This document shows, piece by piece, positions 43,915-63,208 of a stretch of DNA of 64,000 nucleotides; position 1 is the first letter of the stretch; the number at the start of each line of letters is the position of its first letter. The notes under the pieces were generated by a model. It did no database searches. It saw nothing but the letters and a program-made list of their open reading frames with translations, and was not told the origin of the DNA. Made by a program: the position numbers and the translations under genes. Origin of the DNA: the human T2T-CHM13v2.0 reference genome, Homo sapiens; the NCBI RefSeq assembly GCF_009914755.1, contig NC_060943.1; one strand, 5' to 3'.

Positions 43915-45870
43915 GTTAACTTTTACTGAGAGGAAATTCACATACATCATATTCACTCTTTAAAGGATACAGTTTGGAGGTCGTTGGTGCACTCACAGGG
44001 CTGGGCAGCATCACCACTCATTCCGGAGCATCTCATTGTCCCAGAGGAAGCTCTGTCCCCCTCAGCAGTTGCTCTTCATCCTGTCCCCCACACCCCAAAA
44101 CCAGGCATCTCCTTCCTGCCTCTGTGGACTGGCCTGTCCTGGACATCTCATAGAAATGGGATCGCGCACTGTGTGGCCTTTTGTGCCTGGAGTCTCTCAC
44201 TGAGTGGCCCATCCTCAGAGTTCATCCACTCCGTGGCCTGCGTCAGAGCCTTGCTCCATTTCATGGCTGAGTCGCGTTCTGCTGTGTGTGGTGCCGGGCG
44301 ACCTCCTCCCCTGCTGATGGGCGCTCATGTGGCCTCCTCTCTGGCTATTGGGAGTCGTGCTGCTGTGGACATTGGTGTGCAGGTGTTGGTGTGGACGTTG
44401 GTGTGCAGGTGTTGGTGTGGACGTTGGTGTGCAGGTGCTGGTGTGGACGTTGGTGTGCAGGTGTTGGTGTGGGTGTTGGTGTGGATGTTGGTGTGCAGGT
44501 GTTGGTGTGGGTGTTGGTGTGCAGGTGCTGGTGTGGGTGTTGGTGTGGGTGTTGGTGTGCAGGTGCTGGTGTGGATGTTGGTGTGGGTGTTGGTGTGCAC
44601 GTATTGGTGTGCAGGTGTTGGTGTGGATGTTGGTGTGGACATTGGTGTGCAGGTGTTGGTGTGGGTGTTGGTGTGGACGTTGGCGTGCAGGTGTTGGTGT
44701 GGGTGTTGGTGTGCAGGTGTTGGTGTGGACATTGGTGTGCAGGTGCTGGTGTGGATGTTGGTGTGCAGGTGCTGGTGTGGACGTTGGTGTGCGGGTGTTG
44801 GTGTGCGTGTTGGTGTGCAGGTGTGGGTGTTGGTGTTGGTGTGCAGGTGTTGGTGTGGATGTTGGTGTGGGTGTTGGTGTGCACGTATTGGTGTGCAGGT
44901 GTTGGTGTGCAGGTATTGGTGTGGATGTTGGTGTGCAGGTGTTGGTGTGCGGGTGTTGGTGTGGGTGTTCGTGTGGGGGTGTTGGTGTACAGGTGTTTGT
45001 GTGGACGTTGGTGTGCAGGTGTTGGCGTGGATGTTGGTGTGCAGGTGTTGGTGTGGGTGTTGGTGTGCAGGTGGTGTGCAGGTGTGGGTGTTGGTGTGGG
45101 TGTTGGTGTGCAGGTATTGGTGTGGACAGTGGTGTGCAGGTGCTGGTGTGGACGTTGGTGTGCAGGTGCTGCTGTGGACGGTGTGCAGGTGTTGGTGTGG
45201 ACGTTGGTGTGCAGGTGTCGGTGTGGGTGTGCAGGTGTTGGTGTGCAGGTGTTAGTGTGCAGGTGTTGGTGTGGATGTTGGTGTGGGTGTTGGTGTGCAG
45301 GTGTTAGTGTGCAGGTGTTAGTGTGCAGGTGTTGGTGTGGATGTTGGTGTGCAGGTGCTGCTGTGGACGGTGTGCAGGTGTTGGTGTGGACGTTGGTGTG
45401 CAGGTGTCGGTGTGGGTGTTGGTGTGCAGGTGTTGGTGTGGATGTTGGTGTGCAGGTGTTAGTGTGCAGGTGTTAGTGTGCAGGTGTTGGTGTGGATGTT
45501 GGTGTGCAGGTGTTGGTGTGGATGTTGGTGTGGGTGTTGGTGTGCAGGTGTTGGTGTGGATATTGGTGTGCAGGTGTTAGTGTGCAGGTGTTGTTGATGT
45601 TGGTGTGGGTGTTGGTGTACAGGTGTTGGTATGCAGATGGTGTAGATGTTGGTGTGCAGGTGTTGGTGTGGGTGTTGGTGTGCAGGTGTTGGTGTGTAGG
45701 TGTTGGTGTGCAGGTGCTGCTGTGGACATGCGTTTTTGTTTCCCTTGGGCCGACACATGGGTGTGGAATCGCGGGTCCAAGGGTACATTCTGTTTAGCCT
45801 TCTCAGGAATCGCCTGCCCATCTCCACGGCGGCTGCACCCTTCAACATTCCCACCAGCCGTGCATGAGGG
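43915..45870 (-). mobile_element. L1MB-like 3' end interrupted by the GT-rich minisatellite
   Basis: L1 motifs before 44360; resumes ...tgtggacatgcgtttttgtttcccttggg...ggaatcgcgggtc after 45727. Confidence 0.72.
44362..45727 (+). repeat. GT-rich minisatellite (12/14-bp units GGTGTGCAGGTGTT, GGTGTGGAYGTT, GGTGTGGGTGTT), ~1.37 kb
   Basis: Directly visible; higher-order duplication with 189-bp offset (45161 vs 45350). Confidence 0.97.
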
Positions 45871-46221
45871 CTGCCTCTGGTCTTGGAAAAGACTCTCGGA
45901 ATAGTTGCTCACTTTCTCCATTTCGACCCTGGAGCCGTCGCTTGGTGCCCAGAGGAAGCCAGGCCGCGGGCGCTGGGGGAAGGGGGTCCCACTGCAGCTG
46001 CAAGTCGGCCTCTCCTCCTGCCTGCTTCCCGTGCCTCGGCTGTTGGCTTATTTGAGTATTGAATCGTAATGGTTTCTTCCTCCTAAATAGAATGCTAGGT
46101 TTCCTTGTTCAGGCCTCGTAACTTTTCCTGACCTGTAAAAAAGCACACCTTGAACACTTCGCTTTCTGTCTGTGCACACGGATAGGTGTCAGCTGGGGGC
46201 TGATAGAAAACATCCCTGACT

Positions 46222-47292
46222 GGCCGGGTGTGGTGGCTCACGCCTGTCATACCAGCACTTTGGGAGGCTGAGGCAGGCGGATCACCTGAGGTCAGGAGTT
46301 CAAGACCAGCCTGGTTAACATGGTGAAACTCCGTCTCAACTAAAAATACAAAAATTAGCCGGACGTGGTGGCGTGTGCCTACAATCCCAGCTACTCGGGG
46401 GCTGAGGCAGGAGAATTGCTTGAACCTGGGGGCAGAGGTTGCAGTGAGCTGAGATCGCACCACTGCACTCCACCTGGGCGACAGAGTGAAACTGTCTCAA
46501 AAAAAAAAAAAAAAGAAAGAAAACACCCCTGGCTGCAGGCTTCGGGCGGCCCTGTGTCCTCCAGCTCTTGGGGTGGGGCCACTCTGACATCATGTGCTGT
46601 TTTGGGGAGTGTCATGACCAGGAGGGCATCTTTTGTTTTTTCTTTTAATTAAAACAAATACTAGGCTGGGCATGGCAGCTCATGCCTGTAACCCCAGCAC
46701 TTTGGGAGGCCAAGGCGGGTGGCCTTGATTGCTTGAGGCCAGAAGTTCAAGACCAGCCTGGGCAGCATGGTGAGACCTGGTCTCTACAAAACAAATACAG
46801 AAAGTACTGGGTGTGGTGGCATGTACCTGTGGGGCGGGAGGATGGCTTGAGCCCGGGAGTTCCAGGCTGCAGTGAGCTGTGATTGTGCCACCGCACTCCA
46901 GCCTGGGCGATACAGCAAGACCCTGTTTCAAAAAATAAAATAAAAAACAAACACTGAAGGAAAAGAGTAGATAGAGTGCAGGCCTGGCACAGGTTTTTTT
47001 TTTTTTTTTTTTTTTGAGACAGTCTCGCTCTGTTGCCAGACTGGAGTGCAGTGGCGTGATCTTGGCTCACTGGAACCTCTGCCCCAGGTTCAAGCAATTT
47101 TCCTGCCTCAGCCTCCCGAGTAGCTGGGATTACAGGAGCGTGCCACCATGCCCGGCTAATTTTTGTATTTTTTTAGTAGAGACAGGGTTTCACGGTGTTG
47201 GCCAGGATGGTCTTGATCTGTTGACCTCGTGATCTGCCTGCCTCGTCCTCCCAAAGTGTTGGGATTACAGGCGTGAGCCACCATATCCAGCC
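46222..47292. mobile_element. Alu cluster: 46222-46520(+), 46664-46950(+), 46994-47292(-)
   Basis: Alu motifs. Confidence 0.88.
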
Positions 47293-48304
47293 AGATTTTT
47301 AATTTAAGAGACTTGGCACGCATTTTTTGTTTGCCTCTGTCTGCTTTCCGTAGGCCCCCAAGCAGGGGCAATGTGTGATCGTCCGTTTGTTTTCTCCTCT
47401 GCAGTTTGGGGGTCCTTGGGTAGAAGGACTGAGCATTGAGCTTGGATCAAACTGTTGGTTTTATGGACAGAGTCAAGTGGCCCGGAGGTGGTGACTTGGG
47501 CCATGTTCCTTGTGAGGGTTTTGTCTGTGGCTCATTCATTCAGCACAGGCGGGCCCTGTGGCCAGGTGCTGATAGTCCTATGTTCCCTCTGAGAGTGTGG
47601 CCCTGGTCCCTCATCTCCTGGGGATCAGTGGTAGGGCCAGGCCTGGCCCCAGGTGCTCTGGGTCTTGTGCCTGTCCTTCCTCACACCACCTCTCTTGGGT
47701 ACGTAGGGCACAGGGCACAGGACCTCCGCCCGAGGGCCACCGTGCTGAGGTGTGGCTCACATCTCGTGGCTTCATCTTGAGGCTGGTCCGTCTGCTTGTC
47801 TCACCACACTTAGGCCTGAGTGTCTGAAGAAGTAATGAGCTGCAAACCTCATGACCTGGAAATCCCACCTGTCAGAGCCCAGGCCTCAGGAGGAGGCAAC
47901 TGAGGACATTGGGAGTGCCAGCAACTGGAGCCCACTTCCACCTGCCTCACTCAGGCCACTGGCCACCCCCACGGATGGTCCCGGGAGTTAGCTCTGTGAC
48001 CATGCGCGGCTGTTCCTGCTCCACCTCTTGGAGTGCCGCCTCTGTCTGTTGGTGTTGCAGGGGAGCTGGGTTGGGAGAGCTCACTCCCTTGTCTGATTTT
48101 CTGGAAACTGTGCTCCTGTCTGAGTGAGCGCAGGCAGAGGTGCTCAGTTTACCCGAGGTGTGCCGGGCAGGAGTGCTCTCCAGGTGGGGGGGCTTGGAGG
48201 GATGCGGGGGTTGGTACTTTTTTTTTTTGAAGTTTTAATTTGTAGTTTTTATGGGTACAAGGTATGCTTATTTCTTTGCATGGTACATTTCCCACATGGC
48301 AGTC

Positions 48305-48600
48305 GTGGTGGACTGAATGATGGTCCCCATGGATGTCCACATCTTAATCCCTGGAACCCATGAATATATTACCTTAAATGACAAAAGGGACTTTTCGCGG
48401 GTGGGACTGAGTGAAGGACCCTGAGCTGGGAGATGACCCTGGATGATCTGGGGAGCCCGATGTCCTCACCGGGTCCTCATGAGAGGAGGCAGGAGGGTGA
48501 GAGTCAGAGAGAGGCTGGAAGAGGCTGTGCTGTGGCTGCGGAGGTGGAGGAAGGGCCTTGAGCTGAGGGAACCTGGCACGCGCTGGTGCTCTCTGGAGTA
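48305..48600 (+). mobile_element. MLT1D-like MaLR LTR fragment
   Basis: gtggtggactgaatgatggtcccc...gatgtccacatcttaatccctggaacc...caaaagggacttt. Confidence 0.75.
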
Positions 48601-49115
48601 GGACGAAGCAGAGAACGTTCTCGTGCCAAGGTTTTCTCTTTCCTGCCTGAGGGCCCTTTATGTAGATCAGACCAGAGACAAGTGAATCCCGGTCTTGCCA
48701 GGGGAGGCATTTGGAGCTGCTCGTGGGACGTGGTGATGCGGTGCCAGGCCACATGCCCGGGGCTGGGGCCGAGTGGCGTTCTCGTGCTGCCTCTGTGGCC
48801 AGGTTTCACTTGGGAACCTGGCTGCATCGCGGGTTCCTCCTGGGCCTTCTGGTGGCTTGGGGCTCCTCTGTCCTCGGTCCCTGCTGGGAACCGTGCTTTG
48901 GCAGCAGGAACCAGCGAGATGGCAGCACAGGGGCTGGAGGCCGGCTGGGACTCACTGGGGCCGCATGGGGCTTCACCTGATGCCCAGCCCTCCTGGGACA
49001 GGGACCAGTGGGAGCAGGAGGTGGGACAAGAGGACGAGGGCTCGAGGGAGCCCCCACACTTCCTACCCACAGAGGAGGGCCTGATACTTTTCAAAAACCA
49101 TGCACTGTCTTTTTG

Positions 49116-51842
<2,727 letters not shown>

Positions 51843-52753
51843 TTCATTTGTCTTCGAAACTCTTGCTCGCCCCTCTGTGACGTTGTTAATTAGTAGTCTT
51901 CCAGATTGGGCCCCGTCTCGTCCCAGAACCGAAACTCTGCCTGGCACGTGGTGGGGCCTGCACATTTGCTCAGCGGAGGAGGATTCTGGGGCCCTGGGTT
52001 CCCGAGGCTGGCAAGTTGGCTCAGAGCTGCCCTTGGGATGGGTCAGGGTGGGGTAGGCTGGGGGCAGCACAGAGTGGGCACAAGGCAGTTTTGTGGTTTT
52101 GAAATTGAGTTTGTATCAAGAGCTTTACTGCTTTTGTAAAAACTTACTGGCATGGTACCAAGAGAAATTCAAACAATAGTTGGTAATAAAATCCCTCCCT
52201 ACCCCTGCCCTGGTGTCCCCATAGGAGCTGACTGCCGCCCCCTTTCTGCAGCATTAGCTATTGTCTAGAATCTTCTACAAGGATGGGGCAGGGCGGTGGG
52301 AGCAGGGCCCGAGGGTCCCAGTTGTTGGGAACTATGTTGGCCTGGCTCCAGCCAGCTCACACCACGGGGCAGCCGAGGCCTCCTTTGGCCCAGCTGAGGC
52401 CTTCACGGCACCCCGAGGCCCAGAGTCCCGTGAGCGGGAGACAGAGAAAGGGGTCTCCAAGGAAGGGTGGGCCTGGCAGCAGCACTATGAGCAGCGGCAG
52501 GTGCAGGGTGCCACCAGGCAGAGGCCGGCAGAGGCAGAAGCCGGTACGGTTGCCCTGCGTCTGTTTCCACATCTGTGTATTTGTGCCAGGGCTGCTAAAC
52601 ATGCACAGCAGGCACTGTGGCGCCCACCCCAAATCACAGGAAGGATGTGTCTCTCTGTGACCGTGAAGCCCACCACCACTCCATAGTGTTGGCTCACACC
52701 CGGCTGTTTCCCACGCCTCCCCGCGTGTCCCCAAGACAAAAGGTCTGGGATGA

Positions 52754-55630
<2,877 letters not shown>

Positions 55631-56743
55631 GCTTTCCTGTCGTACAGAGCACAAGTTTGAGGCATCCCTTGGGCCGTCCAGCCCTGCCCCAGGCCCTGTC
55701 CTTCCTGGGCCCAGCTGGTCTGGGGGACATGAGAGTGTGGCAGGCCCCATACTGCATAGGTCACCCTGTGGCCAGTCCTGTGGGGCAGGTGGGCTTTGAT
55801 GACCTGGAGGTCAGAGCCTGCAGAGGGGGGTGGGCCAGCCCCTCACATGACTCTTACTTGAGGGCTTCCTGGGAGCTGATGGCCCTTGCAGTGGGTTACA
55901 GGGAGGCAGGAAGAGGCCATGTGTGCACCGGCCTGCAGAGAGGCAGCCAGGGACAGGGGCTGCTGGGTGCACGAGGGTCCCAGCGCCTCCACCAGCTGCC
56001 AAAGCGCAGGGGGAGACTCATGCGGTCATGGCAGTGCCCTGGCATAGCATGCAGCCCAGCTGTGTGCCGTGTGGCCTAGGCCCACAACTGCCCCTCGTGG
56101 GCCTCTGTGCCTCCTCAATAAGCTCAGTCGACCATGTCATCATCTGTGATGCACAGAGCAGGGCCAGGGACCCGGGAAGTGCTGATGTGGGGACCACTGT
56201 GGCCACCACCGCATCTGGGCACTGTTTGTGGCAGATCCAGGGATGGCCTCAGGCCTTTGGCCCGGCCTCTGAGGGCTGGGGACCAGTAGGAGGCCTGAGG
56301 TGACCGCGTTCTGCCACCCAGTCCTCCCAGAGGGCTGCCCTGACAGGTGCCTTGGCAGCTCCCATCGTGGCTACTGGCCCAGCTCAGGCCGGCACTGAGG
56401 GTCCCACAGTGGTCCAGCTGCGGCCTCTGCTCCCTCTGAGCCGGTGGCTCCCTGGGGACAGTGCGCAGGCCCTGGGTGAACACTACATGGCCACATCTGG
56501 GTGAGAGCGGGAGGGCAGGTGCAGCGTTGGGGGGATCCTGGGGCCTGTGGGGTTGGCGGGGTCGCAGGTGAGGATTGGGTACTGGGACCTGGCTGTGGGC
56601 GAGGGGCCCGCTGGGACAGTGTGGTGGCCTGGGAGGCCCCGCGCAGTCAGAGGCTGGTCTCTGGGCACAGGCAGCTCTGGTGACTGTGACAGGTGCCTTG
56701 CCTTGACACACACTGTGACCGTCTAGTCTACATTTCTAGGCTG

Positions 56744-56949
56744 CACGTGGTCACGTGCCGTGCACGGTGCACTTGGGGCCTCCTGTGCAGACACTGGCTT
56801 TGCGGCTGCCCCATGGGAGAAGCTGCGAGGACTCTGCACAGAGCAAGGGTGGCGGGCAGGGCCTCAGCCCACGTGGGCTTGGAGCTGTGCGGTTTTGTCA
56901 AACCCAGTGGGGGTCTCTCAGCAGCAGCCCAGCGCGGGGTGTGACGTCA
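56744..56949. promoter_or_regulatory. Candidate enhancer: 3 CACGTG E-boxes plus a full CRE
   Basis: CACGTG at 56744, 56752 and 56870; TGACGTCA at 56942-56949. Confidence 0.35.
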
Positions 56950-57989
56950 GGGCTGGGGCTCAGCGCTGGGTATCAGCCCTGTGTGCTGCAGGCAGGGTAT
57001 GGGGTGGACCCAAGGCAGTAGGTGGAGGCCAGGGGGCGACCTCGGCTTTGCTTTTGTCAGGATGGAGGGTTCTGGACACCAGTGCAAGCCTAGCTGGGGC
57101 CTCCCTGCCGTCCTGCTCAGATTCCTGGGTGCATGCTGCCCTCTAGTGCCCGCAGTGGGGAGTGCCTTCAGGAGCGGGTGGCTGCACCTTGGTGGCTGGG
57201 AACCCCACTCCCGGGACTGTCTGGGCGGCTCCCTGCCTTGTTTCCTTCACACTCTAGATCACTTTGGGGGTCACAGCGTGGGGAGGTGGATTTTGTTAAG
57301 TTTTTTCTAAGTTTTTGGGTTTGTGTGGACTTGGGTCCTTGTTTCCGAATCCTAGAGGGATTCTGTCGTCTTTCTGCCTTTGGAGATTGAACCTGCCAAG
57401 GAGGACCCTTCCCCAGAGTCTGTGATCAAAGTCCCTTCCTGGTCGGGGTGGGCTACCAGTTCCCACCCTGCAACACCTGGGACAGGAGGGAGCCGCTCCC
57501 GCCCGCAGCCTCCGTGGAGAGGACAGTCTGACTCCGATGTTTCCAGGCGGGTGCCGTCAGTGAATCACTTGGCCTGGTGCAATCCCCCATTCTGTACAGG
57601 GCTGGTGGGCTGGTTTATGACCCGCGTGACTCTGGGCAGCTATGATGGCAGGAAATGAGCCGTCTTGGGCGGGCCTGCTGCTCTCCTGGGTCAAGGTTCC
57701 TGCTAGGGCCTGAGTTCTGCTGGCAGCAGCCAGCCAGCCCCCCGTGACCCACAGGCCTGCTCCGAGGGGTGGGTCCCCCTGCCCTTGAGCGTGTGACCCT
57801 CACCCATGGCCGCCCTCACCTTCGAAAACCCGCAGATGCCGCGGTCTCTCGTGCGGATCAGGCTCAGAGCAGAGAGACTGATGTGCAGCGGACGCTGACA
57901 CACCTGTGGCGTCCCTGATACGTAAACCTTTCTCTCCGAGGCCCCGCTTAAAATTAGCGCACTGGCTCCCGGTGTCGCCTCGGCCTTAG

Positions 57990-58721
<732 letters not shown>

Positions 58722-58792
58722 TGAGGGACGCCTTCCAGGGGTGTTCAGTGCCCAGGAAGGCCTTACTTTCCTAGTAAAACTTTTTTTTTTTA

Positions 58793-60350
<1,558 letters not shown>

Positions 60351-61223
60351 TTTTGCTTGTAACACACCATGACGATGTGGGAATGATGGCACATCTGTGT
60401 CCGGGTCAGAACGGTGGGGGCTGCTGCCGTCCCGGCTTCAGTTCTGTCTTTAAAAGGCTTTGGTCCTCCTATCTCATCTCAGACTGTCTTCTCTGGCCCT
60501 CTAGGCCACAGGCTGCTATCCCAGGAAAGGCCCAGGTCCTCCTCTTCCTCCTCTCCCTGGTGCACATAGGGCAGGTGGGACAGGCGTCGCCTCCCTTTAT
60601 CCTGGCACCGCATCTGCCTCTGTCTCCTGCCCTTGACCTACTTCCACATTTCCCAGGATGCAGCAGCCCTTTCTGGCTTGGGATCCAAGGCGTCCTGATG
60701 TCAGGACGTTGAGGGGAATCAGCATCTCAGACCGCCCTGCGCTCTTCCGAGGTGCCTTTAAATGCCCGCCCCGTCACTTCTTCCTCATCCCTCACCTCCC
60801 ACCGGGCTCCATGCCCCGGTGTTTCCGGCTCTCTCTGCCCTCCACGTGGCGGCCTTGGGTGCAGCCTGGGTTCCCGGGTGGCCTGTCCTCCCCCACGCTG
60901 GCACCTCCGCTTCGTCCCTCCCTCCCTCTGCCTCCTTGGCTGCCGCCTCTTTGAGCCCTCATGTCGCTGCTTCAGGTTTCTGCACTCCCCCCAGGCCAGT
61001 TCCCCCGAGATTCTTGGCACCGGCGTCTTAAGCCAGTGTGGGGAGTATGGTTTCCCTGCCTTGCGTTCTGCGTGTTCCTTCCCATGCCTCTGCAGCGGCA
61101 GCTCCCATGCTGCTTCTCCTTGCACCAGTGCAGAGAATCCTTTCTCAAACCCGTGGAGGGGGCTGGGCAGTAGGGGGCCGTCCGGGTCCCATGCTGTGGA
61201 GGGGCTGTGTGTGCACGTGTCTC

Positions 61224-61257
<34 letters not shown>

Positions 61258-61268
61258 CGCGCGCGCGC
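61224..61268. repeat. (TG)13(CG)9C alternating purine-pyrimidine microsatellite
   Basis: Counted directly. Confidence 0.95.
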
Positions 61269-62998
61269 CTGCGCGCACAGGAGACTGAGGTGGGGAGGCA
61301 GCTCTCACACAGCCCAGAGAGCTTGGCAGCTGCAGAGTCACGTTGGCACCCGCATGTGGCACACGCACACCCCCTTCTGCAGCTCTGTGGGGACAGATGG
61401 GCTCAGGGAAGCATCTGCTCTGGCCCTGGGCAGCCCTGCGTCTTCCAAATGGGGGGCCCTTGGCTCGGGGCAGCCAGCCTCTTTGGAGAAGGAGCACAGT
61501 GCCCTGCTGGTTCTGAGCGAGCTGTGGGGGTGTTGGGGTCCCCCTCTCACCCTGGTCTGCCTGCCTTGACCACTGTGTGTGTGCGTGCATGTATGTGTGT
61601 GGTGGGGGAGCTGGGGGTTTCCTGGTTCCATCAAAACTGTGTTTGGTTATACATCGCCCCTGCCCCCAGCAGAGATCTGCAGGCCCGATGGAGCTCGGTG
61701 GGGGCGGGAGCTGCGGGCACAGCCCTGAGAGGGCCCTGGAGCTGGCGGTGCCCTGGGTGCAGGAAGCCTTCCACTGGAGTTGCTGGGCCCTCCACACGGG
61801 GTGTCCCCGACCACTTGGGAAGCACTGAGGTGAGAGGAGCCCTGGAAGGCCCCGTCGGGGGTCCTGTTGGGAGGGGTGGGAACTTCCAGTGCCCCTCCAC
61901 CCCCACCAGCTGCCTCCCAGGCGGATGCCAGCAGGGGAGGCCCTGGCTGCCCTCAGCTATACCACCCGCCGGCATCTGCCTCTCACTGTTGGCATGTGGC
62001 CGGTCGCCTTCCTGGCCTCAGCTGAATCTGGCCCCCCAGGAGCCCCGTGTGAGGCACTTTCAGGGGCCGCCGGAGGCCTGGAAGACCCGAGTGTGGCAGT
62101 AGGAATGTCCCGAGCAGCTTTCAGTGCCTCCTTTTCAACCCTCCCCGCCTGGAGCCCTCCTTCTGGATTTGCGTCTCGGCAGATTGTGGGATGTCACTTC
62201 TGTCCTCTTCCGCCCTGCGGGATTTTCCCAGAGCCTTCGGGTTTGAGCCCAGCTGGAAGTGGCCCTCGTTCACGCTGCCTGTCAGCACCTGCCTGGGCTG
62301 TGTCACCTAGAGTGTGGCTCCGTGTGTGCGGCGCAGACACCGTGGGGGTGTTTGGAGCTTCCTGCGTGGCTCCCAGATGTCTTTACTACACAGTGCCCGC
62401 CGTGGAAGGGACAGATGAGCAATGTAGCCCGAGGCGTTCTTTCGAGAGCAGAGGAATCGGGAGCGAAGTGTTTTTGTTCATTTAGCAGACTAGGATCATG
62501 GGCGAGTTTCCTCTAATAGCACTGAAGAGGCGAATTCACGGCTTCCCCTCGGCCAGCGGCTTTGGCGTGGATTTGGAGCCGGGCCAGGTTCATGGAACCC
62601 TCCTGCAGAAGCAGACTGGGGCTTCCTGGAGAGGGGGGACAGTGTCTGTGTGATTCAGAGCAGTGCTGGCCTGTGGGTCTCTGACCATACCACTCAGTTC
62701 TCTGTAGTAACGTCTCGTGTCTGGGACACAGGCCCTTTTGTTTCTGTTTCTCGCCTTTCCACTCCTCAATGTCTTCGTGTCTCACTGACTCTTCAGCTGC
62801 TCCCCTGAAATCTAAGAGAACGGCAGCCCCGCAGCTGCCCCAGCACCCTGCCATCACACAGCCTGTGCCAGGGACAGGTGCCCCAGGCGCCTTTTGCACT
62901 GTGGCCATAGTGGACATGGAGAGTCTCCAGAAAGAGCCGGCGCTAAGCTGGACTGTCCTTTCCTTGGGACCGGCCTCATCTCGGTTTAACTCTAAATT

Positions 62999-63208
62999 AG
63001 TGTTTCTCTTCGCTTGGCACTGTGGACTTGGGGCCGCATCGTTCTCTGGGGTGGCGCCATCCTGGGCATTGCAGGGTGCTGAGCAGCTTCCCTGGCCTCC
63101 ATCTACCTCATGCCAGGAGCACCCCCAGTCGTGAAAGCCACAGACATCCCCAGACATGGCCAGGTGTCCCCTGGGGGACAAGACCCCCCCTCAGTTGAGA
63201 GCCACCTG
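62999..63208 (-). mobile_element. MER20 DNA transposon fossil
   Basis: agtgtttctc...ggcactgtggac...tgcagggtgctgagcagc...ccagacatggcc...gtcccctgggggac...gttgagagccac. Confidence 0.78.

Noticed and set aside
43984-45476. 423/396/326-aa Val/Gly/Cys/Trp-rich ORFs as protein-coding genes
   Set aside because: Product of the GT minisatellite inside an L1 fossil.
44362-45727. CRISPR-like or telomere-like array
   Set aside because: No unique spacers, no TTAGGG units, eukaryotic context; it is a degenerate minisatellite.
52035-52064. G-quadruplex motif GGGatGGGtcaGGGtGGGG
   Set aside because: Such motifs are frequent in this GC-rich region; nothing singles this one out.
60727-62102. Overlapping 356-aa (-) and 354-aa (+) ORFs
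   Set aside because: GC-rich intron with a microsatellite; no recognisable domain; non-ATG starts.
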